IMG/VR virus record: IMGVR_UViG_3300028873_000026
Location: 1-58,646 of that record
Reading direction: 5' to 3' (one strand)
Length of the DNA stretch: 58,646 nucleotides
Source: a virus
Lineage: Duplodnaviria; Caudoviricetes
The translations under genes and the position numbers were made by a program. The first letter of the stretch is position 1. Every line of letters starts with the position of its first letter. Below the pieces are notes generated by a model. The model worked only from the letters and a program-made list of their open reading frames with translations, did not search any database and was not told the DNA's origin. This document shows, one piece after another, positions 42,348 to 53,069 of this stretch.

Positions 42348-45300
42348 TCAATGCAGCAGCTGAGCCAGAGGGTGCATCATCGGAGCCCTGAGCATCATGC
42401 CTGGGCCGATCGAGTGCAGGAGGTTACCCTCCAACGCCTTGCCGAACACGTTGTCGCCGAGGAAGTTCTCGACGCCCACGGTGCTTGAGAAGGGTCCAAG
42501 AGATCCCAGCAGTGTGTGGACGGGATTATCCCGAACCACCGACAGAGCGATCTTCGCGCTTCGCAGCTTATAGTTGTAGAACCATGCAAGCCCCAGCTCT
42601 TCCAGAGAACCGCGGAAACGTCCCTGAGACCGATCGAAGTTCACGAACTCTTCGCTGACCTCGCCTAGCGCTTTCTGGCTCGTCATGCCCGGCTTCTTCA
42701 TCAAGTGGTCGTAGTAGAGCGCTTTCATGATGAAATCGCCGTACTCCATCGACTTCTGGATGCCCTGATAAAGGGGCGTGTCTTCCCCGATGAGGGCATA
42801 GTTGCCGGCAGTTCGCACTGCCTCGGGGAGTTTGCTCGTCAAACCCTCCATGAACTCCTGCAACCTGCCTCCTGTGAGGGCCAGGTCACCTCTTGAGTTG
42901 CCTACGTCGGCGACCATTCCGAACTCACCAGCCTTGATGAGGGGCCAGATCGACAGACGACGATCACTGTCGTTGATCGACTGGATCTCAGCCTTGAGCT
43001 TCTGGACTTTGTTGTAGTTCTTGGCTCCCTGAGCAGCGAAGAGCTCACCCTCGGCATCCATTTTGCGAAGCTTGCCCTTCACATGGGCGTTGATCTCGGA
43101 GAGTTTCTGGGGAGTGCTCTTGGCAATCGTCGCCAGTGGCACTCCACGACCCATGAGCTGAAAAGTATCAGCCGCAAGGTTCACTGCCGGCATGAGCAAG
43201 CTCTTGATCATAATGATCGACTTGACCTCTTTGACGGCTTCTTTCCACACACCTTCGGAATTCACGAGGTTCGCGTAGGCTTTGTTGCCCCAGATCGCCA
43301 TCGAGATGTTCTTTACAACATCGAGTGTCTCGGGAGACCATCGGGAATTCCCGGTCCAAGCGTCACCAATGCTCGCCTTGTGGTAGCCGATCGAGTCATT
43401 GATCATGTCCCGGCGCACCATGAACTTGTTGCCGAAAACGCTCTTGATGTAGGCCTTCGTCTGCGGCGACATGAGCGAGACAGCCTGCCTCGTAGGCGCA
43501 TCGTTGTCGTAGGACTTCGGATCGAACAGGTTCACATATTGCGACTTGTTCGCAGCGCTCTTCTGGATGTCGCTCTTGTACATCTCGTGCATCTTGTCGA
43601 TCAGCTCGGTGTTGAACTTGTGAGCCACCGCTTCTTCGACCTGGCGACCCCGCCAGACGCCCGCCATCCTGGCAAGGTTGTCATCTAGCCCGAGACGCGC
43701 AAGCTGGCTGGGATCGACGCTCCGCTCGAAGGCGACCACCTTCCCGGAGTCGTTGTACAACGGCACGAGGTTCTCGGAAGTGGCTTTACCCTCCCTCGAA
43801 AGCTGCCGAGCAATCTTGTCGACGGTGACCGGGTTCGTAATGAGCCCTGCCGTCACACCTGTGGTTTGCCCGGTCTGAAGATCCACGCCTCCGGCCGTGT
43901 GGTGAATGGATTGCAGCGTGCCCTGGGTGAACGCAGCCCGGCCTGCTGCCGGCTGGTAGTAGTAGCCCTTGCTCTCGTGGTTCCCCTCGGCTTTCGAGCC
44001 TTTGTAGTCGGCAATCCGGATCATGCTCTTGGCGAGAAGAGCCGGCGAATCGCTGTCTTTGGCGACGACAATGCTCATCCCGGCTTTCTGGTTCATAGGC
44101 ACGAAGCCCTTGTAACTATTGAACTTGGCCATGCCCAGGGACTTGGCTTTCTCCTCCAGACGAAGGTTGTTCACATAGGCAAGCACGAACTTCATGCCCT
44201 CGGCTTCGCTTTGAACCAAGGAAGAGAGATGCGCCTGCGTCTCGGGAGCGAGCTTGTTCAGGGCATAGAGCGAGATCAGCTGGTCGAGCGCTTTCACATA
44301 GGCTTCCGTGGGCGCAGGTCGGCTCATGGAGTGGTTCTCGCCCAGGAGACGAGCAATCGCATCGGCATTGCGCAAGAGGTTCCTGCCAATGGCCCCCGAC
44401 GTCATGTGGGTGGCGAGCTGCTCGGCTTTGGCTTTGACGAGCGCCCAGTAGCGGGGATCTTCCTTTTCGAGCTGGGTCTCCAGACCCTGGATCACAGAAC
44501 TTCGAGCCTTGGGATTGCTCAGCATTTTGAGCACGTCTTCGTGCGAATGCGCTTCCGTCAGGGCCGAGAGATCCGTCTTGGCGACGCCCATATGCAGGGC
44601 GCTCCACTCGGTTTTGGTCATCCTCTGGGTAAACTGCTTCTCGAACATCTGCGGGACGTGATCCACGAACTGCTGGCGAGCATTTTGGATGATCGCCCGG
44701 ACAGTCTTGATCATGTCGTAGACGCTGGCATTGCTCGCCGAACGGCCAATGATTTCGCCCACAGCTTCTGTCAGGGGCTTCCAGCCCTTGACATTGTTAT
44801 TGATTCCGCTGGCCCATTCCTGGAGCCCTCGGGCTTTCTCGGCTGTCGCCATATTGGCAAAGAGCTTCACAGCCTCGGCGCCCTTTTGGACGAGCGAATT
44901 GCTCGTGCTCGCTTTGACTTTGTCAGCGCCCTGGAGGAGCACATCGCTCGCCCTGTCGAGGAGGTTCACAACCCCGTCGTTCAAGATGTTGATCCCCTTG
45001 TTCGGGGCAGAAGCGATCTGATTGATTTGACTCATCAAAGACGCAGTGTCTGACGCCTCCCTCGCTACATGCTGGGTGAGAGCGTCGATCGCTTGCTGGA
45101 CGTTCTTGGAGTTGCCCACTCCGCCCATGCGATCCGAGAGCGAGTCCAGGCCCTGCTGGGCCAGGTTCGAAAGGCGAGCCTCGAAACGCTCAGAGAGAGA
45201 GCCTTTCTCATGGCTCTTTTCGGACTTAGGCAGATCTAGAAAGCTCAGAGCATCCCTGAAGTCGTCATCGACCGTGGCCAGAGCCATGAAGACGGGCAAC

Positions 45301-48300
45301 AGCGAAGAGCGTCCCGATTTATCAGTTTCGGTGCCCAGATTGCCCAGCAGGAAATTGAACTTCGAGTTGGCCATGCTCTCGGCCCGAACCCTGTCGGGAT
45401 CGCTTTGGTCGATGAGCATATCGGGGGTGAGCTGCTTCATGGCGTGCCGGAAGAGCCCCTCAGCGATAGCCATCGAAGTGGGCGAGAGGCTCATCTCCAG
45501 GGAGAGCGCCTGCACAATCGCATGGAACGCTTTGTGAGCCTGAAGCGACATCCCGTTGAAGCCGCTCAGTTCTGCGAGATTCGCCAGTTTGAACGACGAG
45601 ACCGACGCTTGCTGGACGGCAATCGATCGGTTCGTGGCCTGCACCGGGTCGCTCACATTCATGAAGCGGCCGAAGATCTTGTCGAATTGCACATTGAGCG
45701 CACTAAGGCGATCGTCCGTGCCGTAAGACGGGTTCTGGAAGAGCGTCACAGACCTATTGAGGTCGGCGATCGTGGGCTGAGCCTGCATGACCACAGCCGA
45801 ATTGAAGAGCAGATTCGAGAACATATCGTCCCCGACATGGAGAGCCTGGTTCTTGCCGAACACGAGGGTCTTGATCGCCTGCCAGACGTCCGAAGCGATC
45901 TTGGCCAAGCCGGTGGCTTGGGTGTTTTTGAGGGCTCCCGTGAGTTCTTTGTTGGCCAGCGTCCACGCCATGAACTCATTCAAGGCCGTGGCTTTCCCCA
46001 GAGGAGTCTTCTGGGCCAGAGCGTCTCGGACAGCTTTCGAAGCGTTGAAGAAACTATCTCCAGCTTTTACGCCAATTTCTGAGAATTCCGGGCTCAGAAA
46101 CTGCCTCATGAGGGCTTCGAGCCGGTTCACAGAACCAGTGATCTCACTGGCTCGTTTCCCTAGATCGCCCCCTTCGTAGTGGGTCAGGATCGTATTGAAA
46201 GTAGCAGCGTGGACAGCCTCATGCAGCATCGTCTCAGCGCTCGATCCGACGAGGTAGATCATCTTGCTGCCTGGATCGATCAAGCCCTTGGCAGACTTGA
46301 GAGAAGTCTGTTCAATGGCCGGCAGGTTATTGTTGGCTCGATATTCGTCGATCTGGGCGCGAGTGCCAGACAAAATCCGATAACCATCCAGTCCCCCAGC
46401 AGCCTTGATATGCTGCCAGACGTCCTGTTGATCCGCGGACAGCTCCGACTGGGCAATGCCCAAGTCAAGATCGGTCGGCGTCATTACCACGAGGGCCGGT
46501 TTATCGCTTTTGGCTTTGAGGACTTCAGCCAGCCGATTGTTGAGTTTGCTGGCGATCTCTTCAGGCGAACCAGAAAGGGGAATACCCTTGTTCAGGTAGG
46601 GACTCTGAGCCCCGGCCATCTGGTCAACGTAGAACTGGTGCTCGCCGAGCACCTGGTGTCGGGCGTCCACGACGTTGGCGCCATCCGAGAGTTCATCTCG
46701 GAAACCCTCCAGAATAGCGATCACACCAGTGGAAGTCGCATTTTTGCGCTCGGCCTGGGGAAAGAGCGCTTTGATGAGGGCGTCTTTCATCTTTTCGTTT
46801 TTGTCGAGCATCTCTGAACTGATCGACTTCAAGAAGGGCTCGAAGCTCTCCAGCACAGCCCGGAGAGGGTTCCCCTTCCAGGACTCAGAAGCAGCCTCGT
46901 TCGCTTTCTGGCTCCCTTCGAGGACATGATCGAGAGCGAAATTGAAGCCGTCGAACACAGGGAGACCACGAGCGCCATTGTTCAGCATGTGCTGGATCAT
47001 GGCTCCGTCACCCATGCCGATATTAAGCATGGCTCCGCCCTTCACTCCCGAGTCCGAAGGGCCATTCACTTCAGCCGGAGTGCCCAGCTTGCCATCAAGG
47101 CTCTTGGCGAGGATCTGGTCGAACTCACTCGTGTTGTTCTTGACCGGGAAGAAGCGCTGCTCTCCTGTGTCGATCAGGGGCATGGTCTTGAGCAGGTCTT
47201 GCAAAATGCCTTTGAGGGCATTCTCCGACAGAAAGTCTCCCTTACGCCAGGTCGGGTCATTCTCAGCCCGCTGAGCGACAGCCTCTTTCACCTTCTGGGT
47301 GAACAGATGCTCAAGCACGATCGACTGAGCCTGCGTGGACCGTTGCACAAGCTTGGTCGAGTCCATGAAGGACTGGCCTAGAGTCTCGGTGATCCCATCT
47401 CGCATCGGATCGACGAAGAGACTGAGCACATGCTCTTGGATCGAAGCCATCTGCTTCTTGTCAAAGACGAACTTCTCGGGGTTGATCTCTGAGAGAGCTT
47501 TGCCTCCGGAAGGATCTCCTCCCACTTTGGTGGTCAGAATTCCGTTGAGGGCCTTGTCAAAGGCATCGAGCCGGTCATCATGGCCTTCACCGGTGGAGTC
47601 TCCAAACATTGCCTCAGCAAAAGAGACTTCTTTGTCCGCTCCAGCCACACGAGAGAGACGCTCGTAGACCTGTTCAGCGAGCATGTCCGTGATCTTTGCA
47701 GCGATGCCATTGGCTCCAGACCCATAGACGGTGATCGTCATCGGGTTCTTGGTGACGCCACGATCCACAGAGAGCGTGCCTGTGCTAAGGTCGAAGTCGA
47801 CCTTCGGCAAGAGCAGGTTCATCAGCTTGTAGAGGTGATCGGCCTGAGTTTTGACGGCTTCAGGGGCATTCCTGTAAAGCGAGTTTGCACTGCTCTGGAG
47901 CTTGTTCGCAGCCACCGAATAGAGATCTACGCTGTCCCCCGCCCGATGCTCGTTCATCGTGGTGGGACCGTTGAAGAACATTCCCCCTTTGGCCAGATTT
48001 CCGATCTGGTCTCCCGTGAAACCTGTGGTGGTGAGCATATGGATAGCGTTGACGATCCCGTTCGTCACTCCGTCAGCCTCGAGATAAATCCCGGTACGAA
48101 ACGCAGTGCGACCCTTGTCGCCCACAGTCTGGGATCGAGCCCATTCCTGAAGAGCATGAAGAGCGTTAGGGGTAAGGTCCTCCCCCGCAGCCTGGAACTC
48201 GCTCTGGATGCGCTCTATAGCGCCGTCAGGGAGCCGTTCATCGTTGAGATGCTCAGTAAGCAGCTGCAACGTACCGGCAAATGCGCCGTTCAGTTGAGCT

Positions 48301-51300
48301 TCGACCTTGGCGAGGTTCGTTTCCGTGCTGTTAGCGTGGATCTTGACCCCAAGAGCCTGGGCGATGGCGGTCTTGAATAGCGTCTCCTGGTCGGGATCAG
48401 TCAGATCGAGCGTGCTCCAAGTCGGAAGCACGATCTCTCGGACCAGCTTCGAAGCCTGGGGATTATCAGCCCCCAGCATCTGAAGACGTCCCACACTCGA
48501 CACGTTGAAGGCATAACGCATGGGGATCTTCCCCAGCTCCTGACCAAACGTGTTCATGTCAGCCACACGTCCCGAAAGAGTGCGCCAAGCCGAGCGTATC
48601 GTCTGGTTCTGACCCTCAAGAGTGAGCTTGTGCTGAGCATTCAGAGGCCGATCAGTGTCGCCAGCCCCGAAGAGCGATAGAAGCCCCTTCTCCCCTAGCG
48701 CATTGTAAAGCTGGAACAGTTCCATGTTCAGGAAGTGCTCGACCCCCTGAGCGACCTTGATCATGGAACGCTGGGTGCTTGTCAGAGGCACCACAAGATT
48801 TCGCATCTGGGTCTTTGCCACCGGGATCTTGTCGTCGGCGTAATAGTCCCGCTCTTTGGGCTCGGTGAGCACAGTCTGTTCGATCAAATTCGGGTTCTGA
48901 AAGAGCGGATCTTGGGTATCTTTCGAGGCGTTGCCTCGATCCAGGTTCGAAACGAGCCTCTGGAGAGTGCGCTTCTTGGTCTCTTCGCCATAGGCCAAGG
49001 GAGAGACGCTATCCCCATCGATCACGAAACGCAGCCGCTGAAGAAGCCCCTGCTCGCCCTTGGGCTGGGACTTGTCGATCACAGTCTCTTCGAGAGCCCT
49101 GAGCACCTCAGTTGCCATCGCTTGAGCGATACCGTCAGTGTAGGCCTTGTCGACGTTGGGGTTTTTCTGGACCCCCCAGAAATCTACGATCTTGCTGGCG
49201 AGCGAACGCACGGCTTCCACCGGCGAGAGCCCGACATCGAGCATTCCTACATGGCGCTCGGCCTGATCACTGGGGATCCCAGTGAGCGCACTCACCAGGT
49301 CTGCATCCATGTCGGATCGATAATTGTTCGACACCAGCAGCCACTGGAGGCCTGCCAAGACAGCCTGGCCGGCGATCGCCGGATTGTACTTGAATGAGCC
49401 ATCTTCCTGCTGCTCGACCAAGTTCGAAGCCTTGAGCTCGGTCCAGCGATTAAGGGGTTCCCCCTTCACCAGACGCTCAGCGAGACCCTTTTCGCCCAGC
49501 TTTGCGTTGAAACGCTCGTTCAGCGTGTCGATCAGCTGAGGTGCAAAATCCAGATAGGCTTGGACTGTCCGGATCATGGGCTTGGTGAGCGTGCCCCGAA
49601 TTTTGTCCTCACCCACAAACGCCACACGAGCGTCATTGGATCGAAGAGCATTCTTGACGGTCTCGACAGGCGAGTGATCCCCGAAGATCCTGCTGGAGAT
49701 CTCCTTGGTGGCTTTATAGGCGTGCTCAAACCAGTTCTTGACCGGCCCATCCCCTGCTTGGTGCAAGTTGGGGTAGGCTTCCTGGATCGTCTTAGGAGCT
49801 TCCTCCGCTCCCTCGCTTGTCTTCACATCCTTCGAAAGCTCCTCCGGCTGCGCCTCCGTCGATTTCTCAGTCTGTGAAGTCTTCGCGGGTGTCGCGTCGG
49901 CTTCGGATTGGGGCTTGGTTTTCTCCTCCTCCGCTCCCTGGTTTTGCTCGGGGAGCAAAACCGGTGTCGCTTCGGTTTTGGACACACTCTTTTCGTTCCT
50001 GGTGATCGCCGGAACGGGCTTGGGAGCACGATCTGCGTTTGGAACCAGGGAAGGCTGAACACGGGTGCCAGCTTTGTGCTCAGCAAGCACGTCTTGGACC
50101 TTCCCTTGAAGGTTCTTGGTCAAGGGGGTGCTCTGGCTCTGGCCGCCTTCGAGTTCGGGGAAAGCCTTCGAGAGACCGTTGTAGATGTCCGAAACCTGCT
50201 TGGCTTCGAGCGAAACCCGTTGAGCGTATTCGACGCTCTTGGCATTGGTGGGATTGACGCTCTGGGCGAAGTTGCCCTTGGTCTGATACCAGGCCCGAGA
50301 CTCCGGATTGATGGCGAGGTTCGAGACTTTGGCGCCGCCGCCGTTCTCGTAGTGCTGGTTCAAAGCCGCTGCTTTGTTCTGCATGTGCTGCACGAAGTCG
50401 CCGAAATCAGCGAGGTGCGCCTTCGCAGTCTCGATGTCTCCCGATCGAACCGACTGGAAAATGCGCAGCGCATAAGACGTGGCAGACCGAGCCTGGTTTG
50501 CCTTGGCTCCAGACCGGGTGAGAATGTCTTGGGTCACGGAACCCATGGGGCTCTCATGCCCGGCAGCCTGCTGGGCGAGAGTTCCCTCTCGGGAAGCCTG
50601 CATGATCGCCACAGAGCTCTGGAGAGCCTTGAGCTGATCCGGCTCCAGTTTGACTTCGCCGTTCTCGACATGCGCCAAGATCGCTTTGTTCGCTTCAAGG
50701 TTCCCCTTGTCCGGGGCCTCAGAAGCGATCGTCGCAGCATTGGCGATGTTCTGTTGGCCTTCAGGAGTGTGAAGGCTCTCTTGGGTCACCGGCTGGATGA
50801 GCTTCTCGACTTGGTCCTGGGTGAGCTGAGACACTTGCGTCAGCGCCTTGGAGACAGTCGGATTGCTCCGGATGTTGTCGGCCAGCTGATTGAATTGCTC
50901 GTTGATCTGACCCGCTACGTGGTCATCCGGGAGAGCCTCGAACCCTGCCGGATCGCTCTCGGTGAGGGCTTGGTACTTCCCGATCTGATCATGGAGGTAC
51001 GAAGCAGCCGAAAGCCCCTCTTGGGTGGTGACACCCTTGTCGTTGACGATGTTCGCAAGCTTCTGGAGCATGTCGACTCGATTGGCCGAACCCGCCAGCT
51101 GCTTCTTCACTGGTTCAGGGAGGGTCGAATTCGCGATCTCTTCGGGATCGAACTGACCCAACTGGGTGATCTTGTCGGCAATAGGGGCGAAGTCGGGGCT
51201 TTTCTGCACTGCGTCATGCAAAGCCACGGCTGCCATAGGATCGCTCATCGTCGCTTGGACGGCAGCCCCTTGGTGAGCCACTTGGGCATCCGAGACAGGC

Positions 51301-52952
51301 GAAGCCGCCTCAGTCGCAGCCTTGACGGGCGCAGCAGCTTTCGCTGCCGCTGAACCAACGAGGCCAAGAGCAGCGTTCCCTACTGTGCCAGCTCCGGAAA
51401 GGGCAGCTTTGCCGGCCATCTTGAGAGGCGTGCCAGTGAGCGAAGGAGCCTGAGTGATCGCCGCAGAACCGAAGCCACCCAAGGCCGCAAGACCCGTCTG
51501 CTGGGCAACACCCTCACCGAGATCCTGGTTGGGGTTCGCTGTCTGTTGCTTGCCGATGTTCTCCGAGAGCGTGTCCGTCGCTCCGAGACCACCTTCATGC
51601 ACGGTTTCTTTGAGGAGATCGGCTCCAGCGTGAGCAAAGCTCTTGAGCGAGAAAGGATGCTTCTCGAAGTCAGCAATCGAGGTGGCCTTGGCTACACCCA
51701 TCGAAAGAGGGGCAGCCACAGCCGCTGCAAGAAGACCAGCCCTGTTCGCCACCTGGTAGCGAGCATCTTCGGGACTCATGCCACCGGCAACGAGCTCACG
51801 GAACATGGGCGAAGTCTTCGCCAACTCGGCGGGATCCGTATTCGCGATGTCGGTCGAGGTGTTCTGATAGGTGCTGGAGCCTTCCACGGCGCCCATGCTG
51901 GTGAGCATCTCGTTGGGAAGAGCTTTGCCGATAGCGTCAGCGGCTCGAGAAACCGAAGGCAAACCCAATTCACGAGCAATCGCAGCCTCTGAACCGATCG
52001 AGAGCCGAGTCGCTTCGGGAACGATTGCTTTGCTCAAAGCCCCGAAAGTCTTGCCCGTAGGGCCAGCCCCAATGAGCGAACCAACGAACTGAGCGGTGTT
52101 GTCCGCCAAGAGGGCAGGGTTCTGGACCGTGTTCTTCACGGCATCGTAGGCGTCAGATCCGAAGTTCTCAGCCATCCCAGCGAGGGTTCGAGCCCGGATC
52201 TTCGCCCCTGCAACGAAGTCACTGTCGCCATTGGCTTTGTCAGCGACGTATTGCTGGGCGATACCCTGGTCCTGGGTGTCCTGAGCCGCAGCATTATCTC
52301 GCATATCGAGAGCTGTGCGATCTTCATTCGCACTCGTCTGGTTCTGAAGCCCGATCGACTTGAACCCACCCACATAATCGCTGGCATTCTTCAGCATCTG
52401 AGCGGTGGAGACGCCCATGTGAGTGTTCACACCAGCCGCATTGAAGCCGAGATCCGCTGCTGCAAGGGGCACAGTGGCCAAGCCACCGATGGCGATAGCG
52501 CCCTGACCGAGACCGAGAGCAGCATCCTTGAGCATTGAACCGGGAGTGCTGGTCGCTCGACCATCGTAAGCATCACCTGCTTGGTTCAAGCCAATGAGCA
52601 TTCCCTGACCGACTTCAGGGCCATATTTCTGGATGATCTGGTCGGGTCCGAGGGTCGCAAGATCCTTCTCGACCGGGTTCGCAGAACTGAGTCCCGATCC
52701 CGTGCGGCGAGCAATCGCTGCATTCAGGAACGTCTGCTTATCCGGCAGACCCCCCATATCGACTTTCTTGGAGTCAGAAGCCGCAGCAACCTCGGCTTGC
52801 TTCTCAGGAGCAGCCTGAGCGACAGCCGCCTGCTTCACCAGAGGAGTGGGAACGGGTGTCGGGACAGGTGCAGGAGCGGACCCTGAGAAAGCCGGCACCG
52901 GGGACGGATTCGTCCCGAGTGCAGAGCTGAGCAGATCCGACACGTTCGCCAT
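42348..52952 (-). CDS. Virion-encapsidated RNA polymerase (N4 gp50-like, ~3,534 aa)
   Basis: Size; VGRLQM, motif A EADGVTNG, motif B RGVTKNPMTITVYG, motif C VFDG; no Cys noticed on reading, as in N4 vRNAP. Confidence 0.97.
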   Translation of the reverse strand: MANVSDLLSSALGTNPSPVPAFSGSAPAPVPTPVPTPLVKQAAVAQAAPEKQAEVAAASDSKKVDMGGLPDKQTFLNAAIARRTGSGLSSANPVEKDLATLGPDQIIQKYGPEVGQGMLIGLNQAGDAYDGRATSTPGSMLKDAALGLGQGAIAIGGLATVPLAAADLGFNAAGVNTHMGVSTAQMLKNASDYVGGFKSIGLQNQTSANEDRTALDMRDNAAAQDTQDQGIAQQYVADKANGDSDFVAGAKIRARTLAGMAENFGSDAYDAVKNTVQNPALLADNTAQFVGSLIGAGPTGKTFGALSKAIVPEATRLSIGSEAAIARELGLPSVSRAADAIGKALPNEMLTSMGAVEGSSTYQNTSTDIANTDPAELAKTSPMFRELVAGGMSPEDARYQVANRAGLLAAAVAAPLSMGVAKATSIADFEKHPFSLKSFAHAGADLLKETVHEGGLGATDTLSENIGKQQTANPNQDLGEGVAQQTGLAALGGFGSAAITQAPSLTGTPLKMAGKAALSGAGTVGNAALGLVGSAAAKAAAPVKAATEAASPVSDAQVAHQGAAVQATMSDPMAAVALHDAVQKSPDFAPIADKITQLGQFDPEEIANSTLPEPVKKQLAGSANRVDMLQKLANIVNDKGVTTQEGLSAASYLHDQIGKYQALTESDPAGFEALPDDHVAGQINEQFNQLADNIRSNPTVSKALTQVSQLTQDQVEKLIQPVTQESLHTPEGQQNIANAATIASEAPDKGNLEANKAILAHVENGEVKLEPDQLKALQSSVAIMQASREGTLAQQAAGHESPMGSVTQDILTRSGAKANQARSATSYALRIFQSVRSGDIETAKAHLADFGDFVQHMQNKAAALNQHYENGGGAKVSNLAINPESRAWYQTKGNFAQSVNPTNAKSVEYAQRVSLEAKQVSDIYNGLSKAFPELEGGQSQSTPLTKNLQGKVQDVLAEHKAGTRVQPSLVPNADRAPKPVPAITRNEKSVSKTEATPVLLPEQNQGAEEEKTKPQSEADATPAKTSQTEKSTEAQPEELSKDVKTSEGAEEAPKTIQEAYPNLHQAGDGPVKNWFEHAYKATKEISSRIFGDHSPVETVKNALRSNDARVAFVGEDKIRGTLTKPMIRTVQAYLDFAPQLIDTLNERFNAKLGEKGLAERLVKGEPLNRWTELKASNLVEQQEDGSFKYNPAIAGQAVLAGLQWLLVSNNYRSDMDADLVSALTGIPSDQAERHVGMLDVGLSPVEAVRSLASKIVDFWGVQKNPNVDKAYTDGIAQAMATEVLRALEETVIDKSQPKGEQGLLQRLRFVIDGDSVSPLAYGEETKKRTLQRLVSNLDRGNASKDTQDPLFQNPNLIEQTVLTEPKERDYYADDKIPVAKTQMRNLVVPLTSTQRSMIKVAQGVEHFLNMELFQLYNALGEKGLLSLFGAGDTDRPLNAQHKLTLEGQNQTIRSAWRTLSGRVADMNTFGQELGKIPMRYAFNVSSVGRLQMLGADNPQASKLVREIVLPTWSTLDLTDPDQETLFKTAIAQALGVKIHANSTETNLAKVEAQLNGAFAGTLQLLTEHLNDERLPDGAIERIQSEFQAAGEDLTPNALHALQEWARSQTVGDKGRTAFRTGIYLEADGVTNGIVNAIHMLTTTGFTGDQIGNLAKGGMFFNGPTTMNEHRAGDSVDLYSVAANKLQSSANSLYRNAPEAVKTQADHLYKLMNLLLPKVDFDLSTGTLSVDRGVTKNPMTITVYGSGANGIAAKITDMLAEQVYERLSRVAGADKEVSFAEAMFGDSTGEGHDDRLDAFDKALNGILTTKVGGDPSGGKALSEINPEKFVFDKKQMASIQEHVLSLFVDPMRDGITETLGQSFMDSTKLVQRSTQAQSIVLEHLFTQKVKEAVAQRAENDPTWRKGDFLSENALKGILQDLLKTMPLIDTGEQRFFPVKNNTSEFDQILAKSLDGKLGTPAEVNGPSDSGVKGGAMLNIGMGDGAMIQHMLNNGARGLPVFDGFNFALDHVLEGSQKANEAASESWKGNPLRAVLESFEPFLKSISSEMLDKNEKMKDALIKALFPQAERKNATSTGVIAILEGFRDELSDGANVVDARHQVLGEHQFYVDQMAGAQSPYLNKGIPLSGSPEEIASKLNNRLAEVLKAKSDKPALVVMTPTDLDLGIAQSELSADQQDVWQHIKAAGGLDGYRILSGTRAQIDEYRANNNLPAIEQTSLKSAKGLIDPGSKMIYLVGSSAETMLHEAVHAATFNTILTHYEGGDLGKRASEITGSVNRLEALMRQFLSPEFSEIGVKAGDSFFNASKAVRDALAQKTPLGKATALNEFMAWTLANKELTGALKNTQATGLAKIASDVWQAIKTLVFGKNQALHVGDDMFSNLLFNSAVVMQAQPTIADLNRSVTLFQNPSYGTDDRLSALNVQFDKIFGRFMNVSDPVQATNRSIAVQQASVSSFKLANLAELSGFNGMSLQAHKAFHAIVQALSLEMSLSPTSMAIAEGLFRHAMKQLTPDMLIDQSDPDRVRAESMANSKFNFLLGNLGTETDKSGRSSLLPVFMALATVDDDFRDALSFLDLPKSEKSHEKGSLSERFEARLSNLAQQGLDSLSDRMGGVGNSKNVQQAIDALTQHVAREASDTASLMSQINQIASAPNKGINILNDGVVNLLDRASDVLLQGADKVKASTSNSLVQKGAEAVKLFANMATAEKARGLQEWASGINNNVKGWKPLTEAVGEIIGRSASNASVYDMIKTVRAIIQNARQQFVDHVPQMFEKQFTQRMTKTEWSALHMGVAKTDLSALTEAHSHEDVLKMLSNPKARSSVIQGLETQLEKEDPRYWALVKAKAEQLATHMTSGAIGRNLLRNADAIARLLGENHSMSRPAPTEAYVKALDQLISLYALNKLAPETQAHLSSLVQSEAEGMKFVLAYVNNLRLEEKAKSLGMAKFNSYKGFVPMNQKAGMSIVVAKDSDSPALLAKSMIRIADYKGSKAEGNHESKGYYYQPAAGRAAFTQGTLQSIHHTAGGVDLQTGQTTGVTAGLITNPVTVDKIARQLSREGKATSENLVPLYNDSGKVVAFERSVDPSQLARLGLDDNLARMAGVWRGRQVEEAVAHKFNTELIDKMHEMYKSDIQKSAANKSQYVNLFDPKSYDNDAPTRQAVSLMSPQTKAYIKSVFGNKFMVRRDMINDSIGYHKASIGDAWTGNSRWSPETLDVVKNISMAIWGNKAYANLVNSEGVWKEAVKEVKSIIMIKSLLMPAVNLAADTFQLMGRGVPLATIAKSTPQKLSEINAHVKGKLRKMDAEGELFAAQGAKNYNKVQKLKAEIQSINDSDRRLSIWPLIKAGEFGMVADVGNSRGDLALTGGRLQEFMEGLTSKLPEAVRTAGNYALIGEDTPLYQGIQKSMEYGDFIMKALYYDHLMKKPGMTSQKALGEVSEEFVNFDRSQGRFRGSLEELGLAWFYNYKLRSAKIALSVVRDNPVHTLLGSLGPFSSTVGVENFLGDNVFGKALEGNLLHSIGPGMMLRAPMMHPLAQLLH

Positions 52953-53069
52953 GAGTAAGTCCAACCCGGAGGGTACAATTGCGAAGACCCTATAGGCTGA
53001 CTTCAACGAATAGAAGGCCCCGTTTGCACGAGGCCCTCCTAGATATACTCACTACAATTTAGATATAAC

